This document shows positions 38,480 to 51,500 of a stretch of 64,000 nt of DNA, in pieces; the first letter of the stretch is position 1; every line of letters begins with the position of its first letter. The position numbers and the translations under genes are program-made. This DNA is from Takakia lepidozioides. Taxonomy: Eukaryota; Plantae; Bryophyta. The DNA is taken from the NCBI GenBank assembly GCA_030704615.1, contig CM060731.1:81840001-81904000 (forward strand). Reading direction: 5' to 3'. Under the pieces are notes generated by a model. The model searched no databases. It was given only the letters and a program-made list of their open reading frames with translations, and was not told the DNA's origin.

Positions 38480-40270
38480 CGTTGCAGGATGGAAATCCGG
38501 CGCCGGATTTCCATCCTGCAGGTAATTCGGAGCGCAGCAGGATGGAAATTCAGCGCCGAATTTCCATCCTGCAAGGTAGGGCGGCGCGCGAAATTTCCAT
38601 CACACAGGTAATTCTGAAGCGGATGGATGGAAATCCACCGGATTTCCATCCGCGCAAGTAGGGCGGCGCGCCAAATTTCCCTCACGCAGGTAATTCGGAG
38701 GCGGATGGATAGAAATCCGGCTCCGGATTTCCATCCGCGCAGGTAGGGCGGCGCGCCAAATTTCCCTCACGCAGGTAATTCGGAGGCGGATGGATGGAAA
38801 TCCGGCGCCGGATTTCCATCCGCGCAGGTAGGGCGGCGCGCCAAATTTCCCTCACGCAGGTAATTCGGAAGCGGATGGATGGAAATCCGGCGCCGGATTT
38901 CCATCCGCGCAGGAAGGGCGGCGCGCGAAATTTCCCTCAAGCAGGTAATTCGGAGGCGGGTGGATGGAAATCCGGCGCCGGATTTCCATCCGCAAGGTTT
39001 GTCGGAGAGATCCGGCGCCGAATTTCCATCCTGCAGGTAAGTGGAATCCCGGATGGATGGAAATCCGGCGCCGGATTTCCATCCGCGCAGGTAGCGCGGC
39101 GCGCCAAATTTCCCTCACGCAGGTAATTCGGAAGCGGATGGATGGAAATCCGGCGCCGAATTTCCATCCTGCAGGTAATTCGAATCCCGGATGGATGGAA
39201 ATCCGGCGCCGAATTTCCATCCAGCAGGCGTATGGATATTCGGCGCCGAATTTCCATTCGCCAGGTATTTCGAAGCGCTGAATTACCTTCCTGCAGGTAA
39301 TTCTGAGCGTGTCCGATTGATTTTTCGGCAAAAAACAAACCTAATCCTTGACTGCTAGAGGCAAATCGGAACGGCCTCGCACGGAAATTCGGCGCCGTTT
39401 TTCCATTCTGGGATGTTTTTACGACTTCCTTTGAGGGGGCCCCGATGGAAATTCGGCGCCGAATTTCCATCCGGGGGATGGTCTCTGTCGGAGAGGTGCC
39501 GGCCTCTCCGCCGCTCTGTTGGATATTCGGTGCCGAATTTCCGTCCGGGGGTTGAAATATGACGGCCAGGTGCCGGCCTCTCCCCCCTCCCCGACTGCAT
39601 TGGAACGGCCCCGGATGGAAATTCGGCGCCGTTTTTCCATCTGGGGAGGTTTTTATGTCGGCCAGTTTTCAGCCTGACCCCCCGACACGACTTCCTTTAG
39701 GGGGGCCCGGATGGAAATTCGGCGCCGAATCTCCATCCAGGGGATGCTCTCTGTCGAACACGTGCCGGCCTCTACGCCCGAGGCGACTTCATCCGGGCGT
39801 CCCCTGTTGGATATTCGGTGCCGAATTTCCGTCCGGGGGTTGAAATGTGACGGCCTCTCACCCCTCCCCGAATCTCCATCCAGGGGATGCTCTCTGTCGC
39901 ACACGCGCCGGCCTCTGCGCCCAAGGCGACTTCATCCGGGCTTCCCCTGTTGTATATTCGGTGCCGAATTTCCGTCCGGGGGTTGTAATGTGAGGGCCAG
40001 ATGGCGGCCTTTCCCCCGAGCCGACTGCATCCGAAAGGCCTCGGATGGAAATTCGGCGCCGTTTTTCCATCCGCGGAGGTTTTTATGTCGGCCAGTTTTC
40101 GGCCTAACCCCCCGACAGGACTTCCTTTGGGGGGATCCGAATGGAAATTCGGCGCTGAATTTCCGTCCGGGGGATGTTCTCTATCGGACAGGTGCTGGCA
40201 TCTCTGCCCCAGACGACTTCATCCGTGCGGCCCCTGTTGGATATTGGGTGCCGAATTTCCATTGGGGGGT
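38480..40270. repeat. Palindrome array between the divergent genes of element C
   Basis: Perfect 30-bp palindrome GGATGGAAATCCGGCGCCGGATTTCCATCC in ~70-bp units (38480-39260), then longer units with GGAAATTCGGCGCC (39380-40270). Confidence 0.92.
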
Positions 40271-40565
40271 AGTAATGTGACGGCACGGTGCCGGCTTCTC
40301 CCCTTCAGCCGACATCATCCGGACGGCCCCCCACTTTCTGACTGCATACTGTTGGCAGTTATTGCGCAAAGACCAGGGGCCTTATTCCGGAGACAAGGTT
40401 CATTAACACTTTGACTGTGGATTTTTGAGATAGTTGGCTCCCTGGATTTGGATCAGGCTTCGTCGCTTGGACAAATCGGCACTGCATTCCTTCCCATCGC
40501 TGCATCCCCCTTCTACCAGGGAGCTTCCCGCACGCCATCCTGACAGTCTTGTGTGCACATCTCCC

Positions 40566-41056
40566 ATGGCGGAAAACCCGAGCGCTACAGTGTACTGCCC
40601 TCCTCACGAGCATAGAGCTTCATTTCCGTGCAGAGGGGACATCTGTCGGGTGATGGAGAAATATCTGTGCGTTCGATACCACCTGAAACCGGGGTCGGTT
40701 TTTTAGGAGGAGGAAAGGAAGGACTCAAACGGCCTTGTTGTCGAGAGTATTATTGTGCTCCACGATGATTTCGGCGATGGCAGGGAATGGCGAGTTCCAC
40801 CATCGGACAACGTCATATACAGGGCTGTTGGGGACTTCATTTGCCCGCCAAATGCACTTTCTATCCTGGCGCCTTCCACGAAACAATCCGCGAATCAGAG
40901 AGTGGCTACCTCAAAGAGAGAAGTCCGCAACGAAGTAAATCCAGAGCCGAACCCATCCATGAAGACGAGCGAGAACCGGGTTGTTCACTACCTGTCCGAC
41001 TCAGACGAGGTCATGGAAGTTCCGAGGTCGTCCTGGAGATCAGGCAAGTCCTCAAT
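40566..41056 (+). pseudogene. Transposase C, N-terminal part, interrupted by element B
   Basis: Located where A and B have their transposase N-termini; similar features (EWRVPP...YRAV; VVHYLSDSD); continues at 53057 after the TSD. Confidence 0.6.
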
Positions 41057-41476
41057 CAGCGTAGCTACGGCGTGAGCCCAACCCCGTGAGCCTGGGAGCT
41101 GAGCTCACGTTCAAGCTTTGAAGCGTGAGCTGAGCTCACGCTTCAGGGAAGCGTGAGCGGCACGAATCTGCTGGAGAAGCAGGTCCTATAGGCAAGGATT
41201 GCAGGAAGAGGGCCTATTACCGTGGACAAAACAAAGGAGGCCACCATGCACCATGTCTGCAATGCGTGCCAAAAAAGAGGAATATGTAAATATGGCAGAT
41301 TTGAGCTCAGAATGATTGACACAGTTTATTTCAATTCACAGAGAGACGCTTACAATGAATCGCAAGTGCATTTGCCCTGGTTCCGTGAACGAAATATATA
41401 TGTTTGTCATAAAATGAAAAGTCTTCACACGGCAACCTGGAAACCAGCATGGGAAGCGGGCATGGCTCGTATGTGT

Positions 41477-44400
41477 TCAAAGAGAAGTTGGCGGAGCTCT
41501 ACGCGAGGTGTCCCGCTGTAGAAGGGTGATGACTTCTCCGTAGCCTAGTGTGGCTTGGTGAATGAATTGGTCTCTCTTACCGTCGCAACACATAATTACA
41601 AGGTATATGTAATATTGATGCTTGCAGGGGACCCACTTCCCTCTCATGCCGAGAGCGCCCTCACGCATCGTTACAAAATCCGGACAAGTGCACGAAGGGA
41701 AATTCCCGATGGTAACCTGATATTCTTTGGCATGAAGAACTGAGCCAATTGAGGACAGCGATGTCCCAATTTTCACAGGCCAAATTGCGGGGGGAGGGGG
41801 CTTCATTATCACGGAAGGACGAACTGTTCCCTTCACGCATCGTGCCATATCGTCTGGGCAGAACCAAAACTTGTGCTCTTTTGACTCCCCACTATGATAA
41901 GGTCGGAACAACCCTGTGAATGTTGGAGCTGGAGTCCCCCTGGAGCCTTTGCATATTTTTGATTTGCATTTCTTGAATGAGGGGGTCCGAATTGCCATGC
42001 AAGCCACTCTAGATCCTGGTGGGGTGCGTTCTATATGCCAGTCACTATCAATGCAATCAGATTCCTGCACCATGGCCACCACCTCCTCCAATGGGATTTC
42101 CGCTGCTATGCTTGCATGTTCTGCACCTGCTCCACAGGAGGAGGACCCACCTGGGAAGGGGCCGGCACAGGACTTAGTCTGCACTGGAGACACCTTTGGC
42201 ACAGAGAAATTGACCCTGTCTGGCCTATGGGAATCTCCATCTGACCCTGGAAGAGTGTTTAATTTCCTTTTGCATGATCCAAATCTTTCCTCGCCTTCCA
42301 AATGGGGGAGCCTGGATTGCAGAGGGGAGCCTTCAGTGCACCTGTTTAGAGCTTTGGCCATCTTTGCCGGGTCTCCGGACCTACTCGCAGCCCTTAGCAT
42401 CAACAAAGTCGTATCGGGGCCCTTCCCTCCACCCCGTCCCATCAGAAAATTGCGGTACCTGGTTTGTTGTGTAAGTGCCCGCACCATGTCATCAGCAGTG
42501 GCCACATACAAGTCACGACCTGCTTTGGTAGACTGTTGCATCCAGGCGTTGTGAACAGTCTCTGCCAAATTACACGATGGCATGTCGGCCAAGTCCTCCA
42601 AGGACATGTCCTGCAGGAGGCATTGCATGGAAATGTGAGGAAGGAAAAGAAATGGTAGAGGTTCTTCAAGTGACAATCGAACAACCCCAAATGAACAGGC
42701 ACGATGCAAAGTGCAATTTGTGTTTAAGGAAAACTTGTGAGGCTTACCGTCGTCATGAAAGCTCCCCACTGTCTGTACCTGAAGTGCCAGAAAACCAACC
42801 AGTCCTCCAACTCCTTCAGGTGGATACCTGTAGCAGCACCAGAGGAGAACCACCAAGCCCGGATTGCCTGGTAAGTGCTCTCAGCTTGTCCCATTGAGGT
42901 GGCATTCTTGTACTTCAGACAGAGCCTTCTATGCTCCAACTGAAGGTCAGGGCGAATGCAGCGCTTAGTATGACGTGCCAGAGATTGACTCCAATGGAAG
43001 AGGCATGTGCGCTCCCTATTTTCCATTGGGACCTTAGGATCCCCCGAACCAAACACGCGCCGCACTGCATTGAAATTTGCCTGTGCACTATCAGCCATGA
43101 AGCCCGCAAAATTTGTGTTCTGTATTCCATTGCGCTGCATGACGGCCAGGAGGGAATTCCACATGAGCATCTGGGATTCAGTGTCCTCCGACTGCATATC
43201 ACAAATTGCTATGGAGAGCACACGCTGGTACGCTGGATCATACACATGGCACGCCATGGTTGTCCAACCCTTCACCCGTTTGCAGTGATCAAACATTAAC
43301 CAACATTTAGCCAAATCTCCTCCAGGTTGCATTCGGCGGACAATGCTCACACCACTGCCTTGGCCCACAGCGGACATCTTGAACAAATACACTTTGGACG
43401 AGCCCTGGCCAGGGAACATACTGTTTTGAATGAATTCATAGCGACTCCTCCGTTTGAGGTCCATAATGTTGTCCATGAATCCAGCAGTGCCTGTGCCCAT
43501 TCTGAGTGCATTCACCTGGTTTCGAATATTGGGAGAGCTCAACACGGAGAAATGGTCCATGACTGCCTCAAGGGAATCTGCATCCAGCATTGGCTGTGTC
43601 GCATCCCCTTCACCCAGTATGTGTTTTTCCAGGAATGCCTTGCTAGCTGCAAGCGCTATAGCAGAAGGTGTTGCACAAGGGGCATTGTGGAACTCTTGCT
43701 TCAGTAGATTTCTAGCGATGTCCACGCTATCCCTGCAACTCCCTTTGGACACAGGATGCTCGTGTGCACCCATATGAATGCAGGCACGAGTCATTGTCTT
43801 GCATCGATGTGCCACCTGATACATACGAGCGTGGCAAACAGAAACACAGGACGGGGAAAGTTTGCAGAACCTGCACACAAAAGTATTGGTCTTGGGAGGT
43901 GCAAGCCCTGGGGTGAAAGGATTCAGGGGCACACCTTCCCACTCACTTTCGTTTGGCTGAGCGCTGTTTCTCAGCCGAGGGCAAGAAATATTCAGGCACT
44001 TGCAATGCCCAACGCAAACCGACCTCCGAAATTTCAAGCCAATGTCGTTATGGATGTTCGACGTTTTTGTCCTGCACCAAGGATGTCCGTCATGTTTCTT
44101 GTCCATGCCCTGCAGAAGCCCAGCCAGTCCACTGGAAGACGTGGGAGGGTTGAGCTCAAACAAGATGTCCCCATCAAACTGAGCTGGCACGTATTGAACC
44201 CGTTGCATTGGAAGGGACTCCCAATCAACAAAACGTAGCTCGCTCTTGCACCCAGGCACACCTGCGAGGGCTTTCAATTTTGGAATGACACTCGTTATCT
44301 CTTGCAATTCGTCATCATCCAATAAGGGAGTTTGCACTGGCGGAGGAATCTCAGAAACATCCTCCGAGGACGAGTCTGAAAGAGTCACGAAGGTAGTGGA

Positions 44401-44778
44401 TGTGCTCACCTCTTGTTTCACAGGAACTGTGCCCTTCTGTTGCATGACCGATGCTGCAGTGCCAGGGGTAACGACTGATCCTGCTGATTGTCTTCTCTCT
44501 TTTCCAAGGACACGGTATGTTCCTGGAAGGACTCTCCACTTCCTTCCACACTCGCCAACCAAGGGTTTCTCCAAGTGCCCAGAATCCAAATTCCCATCCT
44601 CGTCATACACCTCTTTCTGAACAAGCAGAGAACCCAACTCCAGCGGGAACACTGTAACCAGCTCATCCTCATGAACAACTGCATACCCATCGTCATCTGC
44701 AGTGGCAGTCAGTGGAAGAGTACCTGCATTGGAATGGAATCGAGCGAGTGCATCTCGCTCCCTCGACATGTTTTCCAT
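41477..44778 (-). CDS. Transposase B: GCM-like domain, MULE DDE domain and SWIM finger; two exons (44778-42748, 42610-41477), about 1050 aa
   Basis: Open frames; DGHPWCRTKTSN...CVGHCKC...C...CRFC...C...GAHEHP; LMFDH, FMADS, TCLFH, CNLAETVHN; SWIM CTCPDF...CKH; GT-AG intron 42611-42747 at the same position as in A and C. Confidence 0.88.
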
Positions 44779-45599
44779 CACTGAACGAAACTGGCGATTT
44801 AGAACGGAATCCCCGAACTGAGAGCCCGTAATTATCGAAAGTGGAAATACCACAAGCAAACTGAGGTCAACAAGGGTAGCACCAAACCAAAGGCTGCCGG
44901 CGATGCATGCAAAGGATGTAGGGATGACGTGCACCTTCACCTCCCACCAACCAGAAAAACCGTTTTGAAAGACCAGAGCCACAAGAAGCCGTGCTGTTTT
45001 TGGATGGAAAACAAACCCTGAAAATGACATGAAACCATCCATTATGAAATGACGGCAACAACCCTGGAGAGCAGTAAACAGGAAGATCCGATTGTAATGA
45101 GATTGTGTTGCGCCAGAATAGCACAGAACAAACACTGACACTCCAAGAGATACCTCGCACGAATGTGTGCAACACATGGTCATATCCGACACAATCCTTT
45201 ATACCGAATGACCCCATGGGGACGGTCACGGCAAAATGAAAACCACAGGGCAGGCAGTACAACACACGTGGATGCATATGTGAAGCATAACAATTATTGC
45301 GAATCTGGAAGAACTGCTCGGAATTGAAAAAGCACTACATTTCTACGGCACATTCGAATTTGAAAGAAGGCAAGGAGGCCGCCATGTATTGGCAGGCGGC
45401 GAAGTACATCTGACATATATCGCAAATGCATGCAACGGATGTTCTTTTTCTTCGGCGCTTTATTAGCTGGGTAATACAAAGACGCCAAAATGGATGAATT
45501 CCGTTCGCACACAATATCAACACCCGCATCCAAATACGGTTGACAACGTCCATTTTTATTTTTGTTACATGCGATACCAGCACTTGTTGCAAACGTCAA

Positions 45600-48500
45600 A
45601 CTGGAGAGCTCCAGGGGCATCGTGGGGAGCCCTTGTTTCCAGCGGAGGAGAAAGAGAAGGAAGTCATTATACTTCACGAGTTCTAGAAACAGGAATAGAC
45701 CCAGATATAGAATGAGGATGGAAAGAGTGGAGGAAGAGGAAAAGGAGGAAGAAGAGGGAATACAGGAAAGTGTGGCGATGGAGGAGCAGGAATCTGGAGA
45801 AGAACAACAACCCACCATAGTTCCAGGAACAGGCGAGGAGGACACTGCGTCTGAGGGAGAAACAGACAACATGGAGGAAGATGTTGACACTGGCCTCACG
45901 AAGAATCTGACTACGGGAAAGAGGAAGGGGGAGAGGCTCACCTACATTGTCGGCGAAGAGAGCAGCCCGAAGCGGAAAGGGTCCCCGGCAATTGGGGAGT
46001 CTTCTCGAGTAGCTACGAAAAAGGTAAAATCTACAGGACCCACATTTGTGAAGAATTCGGCTTTCAATGGCAGGTATTTGAGAAAGAAAGAACCATTCAG
46101 TGGCAGCTCAAACAGTGTGCGTTGCCGCACACTATTTGAGCTGCACATGTCACTGTTTAAGGGTGCAAAATTCTTCCTTCAACGACACCTTTCTGAGGAT
46201 GAAATGAACCCTGCACTGCCAGCTCAAACAGTGTGCGGCAACGCACACTGTTTGAGCAGATCTTTTCAATGTTTTAGGGTGCAAAATTTGGCCTTGCAGT
46301 CAGTTATCTGCGGGTGAAATGAACCCTTCACTGCCAGCTCAAACAGTGTGCGGCAACGCACACTGTTTGAGCTGAACATTTCAATGTTTTAGGGTGCAAA
46401 ATTTGGACTTCAGGGGCACCTTTCTGAGGATGGAATGAACCCTGCACTGCCAGCTCAAACAGTGTGCGGCAACGCACACTGTTTGAGCAGATCTTTTCAA
46501 TGTTTTAGGGTGCAAAATTTGGTCTTGCAGTCAGTTATCTGAGGGTGAAATGAACCCTTCACTGCCAGCTCAAACAGTGTGCGGCAACGCACACTGTTTG
46601 AGCTGAACATTTCAATGTTTTAGGGTGCAAAATTTGGACTTCATGGGCACCTTTCTGAGGATGGAATGAACCCTGCACTGCCAGCTCAAACAGTGTGCGG
46701 CAACGCACACTGTTTGAGCTGAACATTTCAATGTTTCAGGGTGCAAAATTTGGACTTCAGGGGCACCTATCTGAGGATGAAATGAACCCTTCACTGTCAG
46801 CCCAAATAGTGTGCGGCAACGCACACTGTTTGAGCTGAACATTTCAATGTTTTAGGGTGCAAAATTTGGACTTCAGGGGCACCTATCTGAGGGTGAAATG
46901 AACCCTTCACTGCCAGCTCAAACAGTGTGCGTTGCCGCACACTGTTTGAGCTGAACGTTTCAATGGTTTAGGGTGCAAAATTTGGACTGCAGGGGCACCT
47001 ATCTGAGGATGAAATGAACCCTTCACTGCCAGCTCAAACAGTGTGCGGCAACGCACACTGTTTGAGCTGAACATTTCAATGGTTCTGGGTGCAAAATTTG
47101 GACTGCAGGGGCACCTATCTGAGGATGAAATGAACCCTTCACTGCCAGCTGAAACAGTGTGCGGCAACGCACACTGTTTGAGCTGAACATTTCAATGTTT
47201 CTGGGTGCATAATTTGGACTTCAGGGGCACCTATCTGAGGATGAAATGAACCCTTCACTGTCAGCCCAAACAGTGTGCGGCAACGCACACTGTTTGAGCT
47301 GAACATTTCAATGTTTAAGGGTGCAAAATTTGGACTTCAGGGGCACCTTTCTGAGGATGAAATGAACCCTGCACTGCCAGCTCAAACAGTGTGCGGCAAC
47401 GCACACTGTTTGAGCAGATCTTTTCAATGTTTTAGGGTGCAAAATTTGGTCTTGCTGTCAGTTATCTGAGGGTGAAATGAACCCTTCACTGCCAGCTCAA
47501 ACAGTGTGCGGCAACGCACACTGTTTGAGCTGAACATTTCAATGTTTCTGGGTGCAAAATTTGGACTTCAGGGGCACCTATCTGAGGATGAAATGAACCC
47601 TTCACTGTCAGCCCAAACAGTGTGCGGCAACGCACACTGTTTGAGCTGAACATTTCAATGTTTTAGGGTGCAAAATTTGGACTTCGGGGGCACCTTTCTG
47701 TGGATGAAATGAACCCTGCACTGCCAGCTCAAACAGTGTGCGGCAACGCACACTGTTTGAGCAGAACTTTTTATTGTTTTAGGGTGCAAAATTTGGCCTT
47801 CCAGGCACATATCTGAGGGTGAAATGAACCCTTCACTGCCAGCTCAAACAGTGTGCTGTAACGCACACTGTTTGAGCAGAACATATCAATATTTAAGGGC
47901 GCAACATTCGGCCTTCATAGGCAGATATCTGTGGATGAAATGAACCCTTCACTACTAGCTCAAACAGTGTGCGGCAACGCACACTATTTAAGCTGAACAT
48001 TTCAATGTTTTAGGGTGCAAAATTTGGACTTCAGGGGCACATTTCTGAGGATAAAATGAACCCTTCTCTGTCAGCTCAAACAGTTTGCGGAACCGCACAC
48101 TGTTTAAGCAGAACATATCAATATTGAAGGGCGCAACATTCGGCCCTCATGGGCAGATATCTAAGGATGAAATGAATCCTTTACTGCCAGCTCAAACAGT
48201 GTGCGGCAACGCACACTGTTTGAGCAGAACTTTTCAATGTTCTTTCCCTGTGAAAATCGGCAACATAGGGCAGGTCCGTGAGGATCAATTAACACTTACC
48301 TGGCAGCTCAAAGAACACTTACCTGTTTGATCCCACTTTTTCATGCATCAGTCGACGTTTCATGCCTCTCTTATAAGAATGAGTGAACAACCTTGCAGGA
48401 GAAAATGCAAAGTGTGGCGGATGAGGTCCCTTCGGGTCAGGGGAAGGAGACCATAGTTGATGTTGACGATGAGTTTTATGAAAGCAAAGCCGCTGAGATG

Positions 48501-51500
48501 CTGGGGGGTCAAAAGGTGAACTCTCAGCTTGTGGTGCAAAGTATGCTTGCTCCTGGTGGGAGGTTGAAGATTCCCCTGTGTAGGTTGGTTTCCATGCCCG
48601 TCGTTCGTCCACCCCTTGTCAAAGACATTCTCAAGCTGGAGGCCGAGTTTGTTCATGGGTATTTTGATGGATCCGCAGTATTTTACGTTTCTACTAGGGA
48701 TTCTACAGGTAACGAGCTCCTTGTGGATGAGTCAATCGTCGGCTCCTGGGACCCCATTTGGAGACAGGTGAACGAATCCTTCGAACTTCTTCTCTCCAGG
48801 AAACCTTCCACCCAGGTATTCTCAGGGAAGATGTTTCACGTTTGGGATGGCAACCACCGGTTGCTTGCATGGATGGCTGTCATTGGGAGGCTGCACTCAC
48901 AGGAGGAAGAGTGGCATTACTCTGTTCGATCGATGGTGCTTGATTGTGACGACAACATGATGGGTCTTCTGACGGCAATGAATGATGTGAACAGGTTGGT
49001 TTCTCATTGTACATGTTGCACTTCTGGTTCCGTTCTTCCTTGATTCAAGTCCTTGAATTACATTCTGAAATTCAGATATCATTCTGCAGAGGGACGGAGA
49101 CATCGCATGTCAAAACGAGTCTGGTTCACACACTGTACAGGATACAAAGGATCGGGCAGATGCCCTTGACCAACTTCAAGACCATCCTTTCGGCAGAGAT
49201 GTATAAGAAATGCGAAAGCTCCAAGACTTCGGAAACGTGGTACTCGTTGACCCGTGAGGCTTTCATGGAGTACATGTACACGGTGAGATACATCTTCCTT
49301 CATCTGGCCTTTCCATATTCCTGCTTCCACATGTTTGTTTCTGTCTGTCTCCCTTGACCTTGGATTGATGCAACTCTCTTGCATTCCCTTGCAGCAAGAC
49401 ATTGCAGATGCAGGGGAGCGTGGCAAACTGGAATGCTACAGCTCTACCCCTGAGGAGAGAAGGACAGCAAAGGGGGTTGAAAGTCACATCCAGAAGGAGA
49501 TGAACGCTACAAGAAGGACAATAATGAGTGCTTTTGTGAAGCAGTTGAGAATTGCCGACCCATCATTCGGGCCGCAGTTTCTCCTGGAGATAAAAAACCA
49601 TTATAACAAGCCAGGCAAGCCGGAGATGGCCCAGGAGAAGTTGCACAGGTTGTCTACCGCCGTCGTGTCTTCTGAACAGAAGGTGAAGTGGCTACAGATA
49701 TGGAACTCCGATCCCACAGTTAGGGATACCCACATGTTCCCAAGGCCAGAGAAAGAGAAGAAGACCCAGCGTGTCGTTCCTGTCAGTGACAATGTGCTGG
49801 ACACCTGGCTTCACAAGGCCACTTACTGGAGCCAGGTGTGATGTCCTCTCGTATCTCACTTTCTTTTCTCTTTTCCTGTCCTTCTCTTCCCATTGCCTCT
49901 TACATTTCGCTGTGACTGTTTTTGGGTTCATTCTTCCATTCAATTGTTTTGCAGTTGGAAGAAAGGGCCCGATCGGTTCTGCATACTCAGCTGGCTGACT
50001 ATGGCATCACTATGACAGCTCCGAAGGTCTCCTTCGCACTCTGGTTTCTTTAGAGAGTTCAGCAAGGAGGGTGGCATCAGTCGAACAAATGAGCTTGACC
50101 AGCAGGAAAAAGGAGAGGAAGCCTGGAAACGATGCCTTTACAGGTGCACACCCTTGCACTCTTTACTTCAGTTGTGGTTGCAATGTGTTGTGTGGCATAC
50201 TGTTTAAGGGGTCTTCCTGGTGTGTTGAAAAAGCTGGGACACAATATGTGCATTGGAAAATGAGGCTGTGTCTGTTCCTGCAGGTACATTAAGTTTGTTC
50301 TCCTGGAAGAGAATTGCTTGGACAAACATCCAGATTTCGTGGACCTTTGGCTTGTCCCTGCTGGCAACCAGACCATGTTCACTGCTGGGATCTTGCATGA
50401 CTGGGGCCCAGACCATCTTTCTTCTTGTGGTTGGTATTTGGATTGCCCTCCTTCAGAGACCCCAGCTGTAGAGTTGTCTTTGAGGAGAGAGAATGACCGT
50501 ATTGCAACCACTGCCGCAGCAGCGGACCTCGACATTCATGAGCGTAATCTGAGGACTCTTGCAGAGAAGGAGCCTCCCGCTCAGGATACCCCGGGTAGAG
50601 GAAGAAAGGCAAAGGGAAAAGATGTTGCTGGTGTTGTGGGGAAGGGAAGGGGTAGAGGGAAGGTGGCACAAGGGCAGGGAAGTGTTGCAGCTATTGGCCC
50701 TGTGGAGCATGTCCAGCAGACTCCACCGCATGGTAGGGGATCCGGGAGAAAAAAACAAAAAACAAGGGGGTGGTTGATCCCAAGGACCCGTACCATGCAG
50801 TGGAACATCCCACAAGGGTCATTTGGTAGGGAAGGGCACCTTCGCTATTGGCCAATGTCCAGCAGACTTGGTAGGGGATTGCCAACCCGTCCATGGGTCC
50901 TTGTCCATGATTGTAGTCTCAGAAATCTTGATTACAAGGCGAGACATCACCATTGGGAGAGGATTGTCGGTTCTCAGCACGGTGCGTGTTCTCTTTGGTT
51001 CTGTGGCTTCGGCTCTCTTTGTCCTGCGCTGTGGGCTGGATCGTTTATAAACTTGTCAGAATTCCATTGTATTTTTGTTTGCAGGCTAAAATGACCACAT
51101 CGTGGGTGAACTAAGGAAAAGCCATATGCACCGAACTCATCATCTGTGGAACATCCTGATGTTTTGGCAGTCCCCCCCACCAGATATCCCTCCATCGGGT
51201 GCTTGTCCGGGTTGGAATGCAATTTGATGAGCGCTACTCTCGGCGGTGGTTTTTTCTTTAGCAACTTCTTCCTTTCCGATGCAGGTGTTTTGGTGCTCAT
51301 CCAGTCATCGATGTTTCGGTGTCGCCGTGCCCTTGCCAGCTATTTGAAAGCCTCGGCAATGAAGTCGTGAAGACATGGAATTGTGTGAACAGCATGTACC
51401 TACGAAGGGGGGATCGTCCGGGGAGAGATGGTGAGTTCCCCTTCTTCTTCCTCTCTTTTTTGTTCTGGGATTGTGTTGTATAGGTCGCTCGAACTCATAT

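Noticed and set aside
38443-40414. Many MEIRRRISI-type ORFs
   Set aside because: Translations of palindromic repeats that read the same on both strands
44779-45192. N-terminal 138 aa of the 822-aa ORF
   Set aside because: Homology to transposase A begins only near Met at 44778; the extension looks like open 5' UTR
46100-48240. CRISPR-like appearance (regular ~36-bp palindromic repeats)
   Set aside because: The spacers are near-identical rather than unique, there are no cas genes, and the context is a eukaryotic intron
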